Positions 33,851 to 36,699 of a stretch of DNA of 36,699 nt are shown here, in pieces. The notes below the pieces were generated by a model that saw nothing but the letters and a program-made list of their open reading frames with translations, did no database searches and had not been told where the DNA came from. Each line of letters starts with the position of its first letter. The stretch's first letter is position 1. Location of the stretch: assembly GCA_002763155.1 (NCBI GenBank), contig PFCU01000048.1, positions 1 through 36,699 on the forward strand, given 5' to 3'. The translations under genes and the position numbers were made by a program. Origin of the DNA: Candidatus Pacearchaeota archaeon CG10_big_fil_rev_8_21_14_0_10_30_48 (GTDB taxonomy: Archaea; Nanobdellota; Nanobdellia; Pacearchaeales; GW2011-AR1).

Positions 33851-35146
33851 ATGACAAAAGAAGCATTAACCTTTATTATTTTTGGAGGAACAGGCGATTT
33901 AGCTAAGAGGAAGTTGGCTCCTGCGTTTTCAGAGCTTATTCATGAAGGAGTTGTAAAAAAAGGTTCAACTTTAATAGGAATTTCCAGAGAAAATTTAAGT
34001 GATGAGGATTATAAACATTTTTTAATTAAAAGTGTTAAAGATGTAAAGGAGAAGCACCATTTAGAAGAAATTAATATAAAACACTTGAGAATTGATTTTT
34101 CAAAATCGAAAAATATAGAACAACTTTCTGAAGCTTTACCTTCTTGTGAAGTTGAAGGATGTAATCGGGTTTATTATTTGGCGACTAGTTATAAACTATT
34201 TCCTAAAATTCTTGAGGGATTAAAAAAATTTAAATTAATTTCAAAAAAAGATATTTTCAATCGAATTGTTTTTGAGAAACCATTTGGAGAAAATTTAAAA
34301 TCGAGCGATGCTCTTGAAAAAAAAATCCATAAAATTGTTGATGAAAAAAATGTTTTTAGAATTGATCATTATTTAGGTAAAGAATCTGTTCAAAATATCA
34401 TTGCCTTAAAATTTGGAAGTAAAGGATTTCAACATTTAATAGACAACGAACATATAGAACAAATTAATGTAATTATCGATGAGACTTTAGGAGTTGGAAA
34501 TCGTCTTAGTTATTATAATGATTTTGGAGCGATTAAAGATATGATTCAAAATCATTTGTTACAATTATTAGCTTTGTTATTAATGGATAAACCTAAAGAA
34601 CTTATTTCAGAAAAAATTCACGACGAGAAAGTTAAAATATTAAAAGAGATATCCTTTTCAAATGTTGAAAATAGTTTATTAGGCCAGTATAAAAGTTATA
34701 AAGAAGAATTAAAAGAAAGAAAATTAAAAAGAAAGAAAACTGAAACTTTTGCTAAAATTGAGCTGAATTGTAATAATGAAAAATACAAAGGTGTGAAAAT
34801 ATTTTTAAGAACTGGAAAAAAATTGCCTCATAGATATGGTAAAATTATTATTGATTTTAAAAATCCACAAAATAAAATTATTATCAATTTACAACCAAAT
34901 GAAGATATAGAGATTATTATTGATGGTAAAAAACTTGATAAAATAGATCTTTGTCCGGATTGCAAATTTTCTCCTAATTCGCGTGATGCTTATGAAGTTT
35001 TGTTAAAAGAAATAATTAATGATAAAAGAAATTTATTTGTTAGAAGAGACGAAATTCATGAAGCTTGGAGAATTGTTGATGAAATAGTTAGGAAGAAAAA
35101 GGAAATTCCTTTTGTGATTTATGAAGATTGTTCTAATCCCTCATAA
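33851..35146 (+). CDS. zwf: glucose-6-phosphate 1-dehydrogenase
   Basis: IFGGTGDLAKRKLAPAF, YYLATSY, EKPFG, RIDHYLGKE (active-site signature), MIQNHLLQLLAL. Confidence 0.9.
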   Translation: MTKEALTFIIFGGTGDLAKRKLAPAFSELIHEGVVKKGSTLIGISRENLSDEDYKHFLIKSVKDVKEKHHLEEINIKHLRIDFSKSKNIEQLSEALPSCEVEGCNRVYYLATSYKLFPKILEGLKKFKLISKKDIFNRIVFEKPFGENLKSSDALEKKIHKIVDEKNVFRIDHYLGKESVQNIIALKFGSKGFQHLIDNEHIEQINVIIDETLGVGNRLSYYNDFGAIKDMIQNHLLQLLALLLMDKPKELISEKIHDEKVKILKEISFSNVENSLLGQYKSYKEELKERKLKRKKTETFAKIELNCNNEKYKGVKIFLRTGKKLPHRYGKIIIDFKNPQNKIIINLQPNEDIEIIIDGKKLDKIDLCPDCKFSPNSRDAYEVLLKEIINDKRNLFVRRDEIHEAWRIVDEIVRKKKEIPFVIYEDCSNPS

Positions 35147-35615
35147 ATTCTTCAATAATTTCCTTATTTCGTACTTCTGGATGGAATAATATTCCTTGGA
35201 ATGGTTTTGATTTGTGTTTCATTTGATTTTTATTTTTTGAATATGTAAATTCATTTGAGTTTACTAAGTAGTGATGTAAATGATATTCGTTATCGATTAA
35301 TCCTATTTGTTTATTCTTTTGGATTTTTCCGTCGTAAATTAGCCCTAAAATATGCATTCCTCCGCAAATTCCCAGTATTGGTTTGTTGAAATTTTTAATC
35401 CAATTGAAATTATCTATGTGTTTGAGAAATTCATTATCTTTCAAAGAAGTTCCGCAAATAATTATTTTTGAAGCTTTTTCTAAATCATTTTTAGTTATTT
35501 TCTTATAATGTTTTGTTTCGAATTTAATTTTGTTTTTTATTAAAATATCTTCGATAGGTTTTACAAATTCGAAATAGTGGAGTTTTTCGTTGCAGATGTT
35601 TATTATGAGAATCAT
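35133..35615 (-). CDS. class I glutamine amidotransferase-like protein (160 aa)
   Basis: PILGICGGMHILG (nucleophile-elbow Cys) and GILFHPEV (His-Glu of the triad). ATG 35615-35613 overlaps the dph6 stop TGA 35614-35612 (ATGA). The track's TTG 35648 extension is rejected. Confidence 0.7.
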   Translation of the reverse strand: MILIINICNEKLHYFEFVKPIEDILIKNKIKFETKHYKKITKNDLEKASKIIICGTSLKDNEFLKHIDNFNWIKNFNKPILGICGGMHILGLIYDGKIQKNKQIGLIDNEYHLHHYLVNSNEFTYSKNKNQMKHKSKPFQGILFHPEVRNKEIIEEFMRD

Positions 35616-36226
35616 TTTAAAGACAATTCCTTTTTGAACAAAGGACAATTTGTTACAAGAGTTTCAAACTCTCCACCTTCACCGGCAGGATTTATTTTGT
35701 ATTTTTCTTTTAGAGTAATTAATTCTTTAATTAAATTTTTATCAAGCTTTTTTCCGATATGTGAATCATTAAAGCCTTCGGCCGCAACTTTTGTTATGAT
35801 GACTTCAAATTTATTTTTTATTAATTCATTAAGTAATTCAATTTGGTTTTTTTGCCAGAGAGGGTTGAAACATTCAATGTTAAGTTTATCACAAATTTTT
35901 TGGATCCGAGATGCTTGATAGATTGATTCAACTGCTCCGGTAATTATTCCTTCAATTTTGTATTCCTTGATTGCTTTTTTGATTGCTTTTTCTAAATCTT
36001 CTAATTCTATTTCTTTTTCTCCGTTAGTTATTTGAGAAATTATTGGAATATTCATTAGTTTCGCTTGTTCTTTTGTAAGTTCTATTTTTGGGGTGTGAAA
36101 CATATAGCTGTCTTGATTTTTTGATTCAATAGAAATTAAACAGGAAATGGTATATCCTTGTTCTTTTGCCAGAGATGTTGCATAGGTTGAGTCTTTTCCG
36201 CCGGAAAATAATGTTGCTAGTTTCAT
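35612..36226 (-). CDS. dph6: diphthine-ammonia ligase (DUF71 / MJ0570-type PP-loop ATP pyrophosphatase)
   Basis: LFSGGKDSTYA (PP-loop), SYMFHTP, GEKEIELEDL, GAVESIYQASRI, NPLW, AGEGGEFETLVTNCPLFK. Collinear with archaeal MJ0570-family proteins. Confidence 0.85.
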   Translation of the reverse strand: MKLATLFSGGKDSTYATSLAKEQGYTISCLISIESKNQDSYMFHTPKIELTKEQAKLMNIPIISQITNGEKEIELEDLEKAIKKAIKEYKIEGIITGAVESIYQASRIQKICDKLNIECFNPLWQKNQIELLNELIKNKFEVIITKVAAEGFNDSHIGKKLDKNLIKELITLKEKYKINPAGEGGEFETLVTNCPLFKKELSLK

Positions 36227-36374
36227 TTATATTTAAGGAAATTTGGATTTTTAAACCAAACGTTATGTCTAAACCTATTTTTCTAATCTCAACTTTATAA
36301 TTTCTTTGCCATCAATTTTCTTTTTATATAGTTTAGTTATCATAAAACCATTTTTTAGAAAATTAGCAAGAACC

Positions 36375-36456
36375 CCATCCACTTTAGTGGATGGATGAAT
36401 TGCGTCAGTTATTTATTTCTTGAATGATTATAAACAGTGAGCTAAAAAGCTCACTG
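36375..36456 (+). repeat. two perfect hairpins upstream of tnpA (candidate IS200/IS605 left-end structures)
   Basis: Hairpin 1: CCATCCAC-TTTA-GTGGATGG at 36375-36394. Hairpin 2: CAGTGAGCT-AAAA-AGCTCACTG at 36435-36456. These are unusually GC-rich, perfect stems for this AT-rich DNA. Confidence 0.55.
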
Positions 36457-36515
36457 AAATTTTACCCGCGATTGTAAGATTTCTTTCAAATAAATAAACT
36501 TTGCGGGAGGTAAAA

Positions 36516-36699
36516 ATGTATAAACATAGCTGTAGCTCTGTCGGTGCGAATAGAAAACATATTCAATTGACGCCAAAATATCGATATAAAATGATGCGAA
36601 AAGACAAGTTAAAAGTTTTTTGCAAAGTTGCGATAGAAGAGGCATGCAAACGACATAAAATAGAAATTGAAATCATAAAAGTTATGGAAGAGCATGTGC
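36516..36699 (+). CDS. tnpA: IS200/IS605-family Y1 transposase TnpA, N-terminal 61 codons (3' end outside window)
   Basis: MYKHSCSSVGANRKHIQLTPKYRYKMMRKDKLKVFCKVAIEEACKRHKIEIEIIKVMEEHV matches the TnpA pattern (H.v..pKYRrk.l......l...i.e.a.....ei.e.ev..DHVH). The window ends inside the HUH motif. GGGAGG lies 5 nt upstream of the ATG. Confidence 0.7.
   Translation, partial: MYKHSCSSVGANRKHIQLTPKYRYKMMRKDKLKVFCKVAIEEACKRHKIEIEIIKVMEEHV

Larger units (their letters stand above)
36375..36699 (+). mobile_element. left end of an IS200/IS605-family insertion sequence (continues beyond window)
   Basis: Subterminal hairpins plus the Y1 (HUH) transposase gene 5' part. The element boundary is not determinable from this window. 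Confidence 0.55.

Noticed and set aside
35133-35648. Longer 171-aa version of the GATase ORF starting at 35648
   Set aside because: It begins at a TTG inside dph6. ATG 35615 overlaps the dph6 stop in the ATGA arrangement used throughout this window, and gives the typical MILII... beta-strand start of GATase-1 proteins.
36451-36645. 64-aa minus-strand ORF at the window end
   Set aside because: It overlaps the plus-strand tnpA 5' region, which has a clear family match and an SD. It is a shadow ORF.
1-36699. CRISPR arrays, rRNA/tRNA genes, long direct or inverted repeats
   Set aside because: I found no regularly spaced repeats, no GC-rich structured segments of tRNA or rRNA type, and no repeats longer than ~15 nt by eye. 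A computational repeat and tRNAscan/Infernal search would be needed to be definitive.

Overview
This is a low-GC (about 30% by eye), very tightly packed window that I read as archaeal, probably from a small-genome DPANN-like lineage. The support is: diphthamide genes (dph2, dph6), a short archaeal-type triosephosphate isomerase, an archaeal class I FBP aldolase, TTTATA-type boxes 15-40 nt upstream of starts, many ATGA/TAATG stop-start overlaps, and many orphan small ORFs.

All family calls come from motifs I recognise by eye. No searches were run.

Content:
- Orphan ORFs plus a PC4-like ssDNA-binding protein (1-2000).
- A dph2 gene split in two by an unrelated ORF (2006-3603).
- A redox/oxidative-stress group (msrB, DUF1858-IscA fusion, Fe/Mn SOD, trxB, and a glutaredoxin-like ORF missing from the track), together with a Dus tRNA-dihydrouridine synthase and a DEAD-box helicase.
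- A carbon-metabolism island holding the complete oxidative and non-oxidative pentose phosphate pathway (zwf, pgl, gnd, rpiB, rpe, tkt, tal) plus pgi, tpiA and fba.
- Embedded in that island, a two-operon glycan module: GH130, NagB, PIG-L deacetylase, two GT4 genes (one fused to a six-hairpin domain), a six-hairpin hydrolase, ROK kinase, Cof-type phosphatase and a stand-alone PMI cupin.
- Inserted accessory genes: an AbrB-nucleotidyltransferase fusion and an orphan pair with a receiver-like protein.
- A dph6 gene translationally coupled to a class I glutamine amidotransferase.
- The left end of an IS200/IS605-type element (hairpins plus a tnpA 5' part) at the window edge.

No rRNA, tRNA or CRISPR array is evident.

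The most unusual items are the split dph2 with an embedded ORF, the dph6-GATase pair, and the glycan module with the GT4/six-hairpin fusion.
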